Positions 62,648 through 64,000 of a DNA stretch of 64,000 nt are shown piece after piece. The first letter of the stretch is position 1. Every line of letters starts with the position of its first letter. Where the stretch lies: positions 1,952,001-2,016,000 of the forward strand of contig OY969100.1 in assembly GCA_963697895.1 (NCBI GenBank), given 5' to 3'. A program made the position numbers and the translations under genes. The stretch comes from an uncultured Methanomicrobiales archaeon. Lineage in GTDB: Archaea; Halobacteriota; Methanomicrobia; Methanomicrobiales; Methanospirillaceae. The notes beneath the pieces are model-generated. The model was not told where the DNA came from. It was given only the letters and a program-made list of their open reading frames with translations, and did no database searches.

Positions 62648-63495
62648 TACTGTCCCTCCATTTCAGGGATCGGCTTTGAATCAAGCCAGCTCGCCGCATC
62701 GCGTTTCGACAGCATGACATACCGGTTGTAGGTATACCACCATCCGATCAGGCTAATGATGATCGTCAGAATGGCCGGTCCCGTGCTGATCAGGGCAAGT
62801 GATATGACCCCGCCCGCGAGCATGGAAAGGAACCCTGCCTCTGCGGCAAGCATCAGCATGCGATCCTGTTTCCACCCCGGGCCCAGTGTTGCATTGAACG
62901 GGTGCTGGATTGCAATTGCCGAGAGCATGAACATGGTCGCGATCAGAGCCCCGCCGATATACGAGGCCACGTAGCTTGGCAGTGAGATCCCGAGGAAAGT
63001 CACCGAACCGGTTGTCAGTCCCAGGAACGTGAAATTCCCGGTCAACATCGCCGAGAAACCAAGCAGTGCCAATGCACCTACTATCGTGAGTTCAGTGAGG
63101 GATTTGATCATCACCGGTATGCGCATATTGAGCACATTGTTCGCCAGATAACCGAGAATAATCCCAATAATGGCCGCTATAACAAGGGCAACGATGGGTG
63201 TCAGGGCACCGTATCGGGTCGCAAACATCATTGCAATGATTCCCGAACCGAGAGATACCATACCAGCCGAAGGTACACCCGTGCCGATACCATAACTGCA
63301 GAGGGTTTTGATGGTATGACTTCCCCATATAATTGCTACAACCGCCCCAAGCCCGCCGAAGAATGAAAACCACGGAGTGCCGATCAGGACATTCAGCCAG
63401 GTCAGGTATATCAATACCATGCTGCCGATAAGTCCTGCGACCAGGATTTTGTTATGGGGGATGCCACCCTCGATAACTTCAACTTTCACAGTCAT
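62647..63495 (-). CDS. mtrC: Mtr subunit C
   Basis: CSYGIGTGVPSAG, IQHPFNA.LGP. Confidence 0.95.
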   Translation of the reverse strand: MTVKVEVIEGGIPHNKILVAGLIGSMVLIYLTWLNVLIGTPWFSFFGGLGAVVAIIWGSHTIKTLCSYGIGTGVPSAGMVSLGSGIIAMMFATRYGALTPIVALVIAAIIGIILGYLANNVLNMRIPVMIKSLTELTIVGALALLGFSAMLTGNFTFLGLTTGSVTFLGISLPSYVASYIGGALIATMFMLSAIAIQHPFNATLGPGWKQDRMLMLAAEAGFLSMLAGGVISLALISTGPAILTIIISLIGWWYTYNRYVMLSKRDAASWLDSKPIPEMEGQ

Positions 63496-63505
63496 TTCAT
63501 TCACC

Positions 63506-64000
63506 TCAGATTGCCACAATCGCAATTGCGACCAGTCCGACCAGAGCAGATGCAGTTGCAGATGCAATGACTGCCCGTGGCCAGCGCTTGAACTTGGGGT
63601 CGTGCGGTCCTTCGATCGTGCCGGTTATGTTATAAGCTGCAAGGACTGCGTTCACGAGGAAGAGTCCGATGGCGAATATACCGGCGAGTGTCACTGCAAT
63701 GGGCATGACCTGGGTGGCCGTTGCATTCAATACTCCCGGCAAGGATCCTGAGTACACGTCGAGCAGCATGATGTAGATGAGCGTCCCACCGGCACCGCCG
63801 AAGAGACCCCCGGTCACACCGCCGACATAGGATACGAACGGTAATCCATGTCCTTCAGTCCCCTGGGACTTATATTCCGGCTGGGAGTCCCCGGTTATCG
63901 GGTCCTTCTTTACCTTTCCGGATGCAGCAGGAATGCCCATCCCATACACATAGATGAAATTGACAAACAGGCAGGTGATCGCCATCATCAGTCCGCCGCC
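63506..64000 (-). CDS. mtrD: Mtr subunit D (3' part; start beyond the window)
   Basis: DPITGD.Q..Y.SQGTEGHGLP, YNITGTIEGPHDPKFK. Confidence 0.96.
   Translation of the reverse strand, partial: GGGLMMAITCLFVNFIYVYGMGIPAASGKVKKDPITGDSQPEYKSQGTEGHGLPFVSYVGGVTGGLFGGAGGTLIYIMLLDVYSGSLPGVLNATATQVMPIAVTLAGIFAIGLFLVNAVLAAYNITGTIEGPHDPKFKRWPRAVIASATASALVGLVAIAIVAI

Overview
Core-genome window from a hydrogenotrophic methanogenic archaeon. Gene content and order, including the mtrA duplication with an MtrA-MtrG fusion, point to Methanomicrobiales, possibly Methanoregulaceae/Methanolinea-like (inference). It holds a peptidase/AAA operon, six intron-less tRNA genes, the SRP (7S) RNA, nadX/nadC, iorAB with an orphan DNA methyltransferase, the cbf5, nop5 and fibrillarin genes, a PGF-CTERM S-layer-type glycoprotein, AMP phosphorylase, a degenerate CetZ-like tubulin, mer/mtd/tfx, the large ribosomal protein cluster (rpl3 to secY-adk-cmk), speD, a stand-alone RNase III domain, F390 synthetase, a di-rubredoxin and most of the mtr operon. 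I saw no CRISPR array, integrase or transposase. The most interesting unexplained element is a ~540-nt, densely base-paired non-coding region directly upstream of rpl3, with nested long-range helices, mutually exclusive pairings and K-turn/box C/D-like motifs; it is a candidate large structured RNA or ribosomal leader. Six genes appear to carry single-base frameshifts (five in the +1 direction), most likely sequencing errors; both nop5 and fibrillarin are among them. All structures were found by eye and no searches or folding programs were run.
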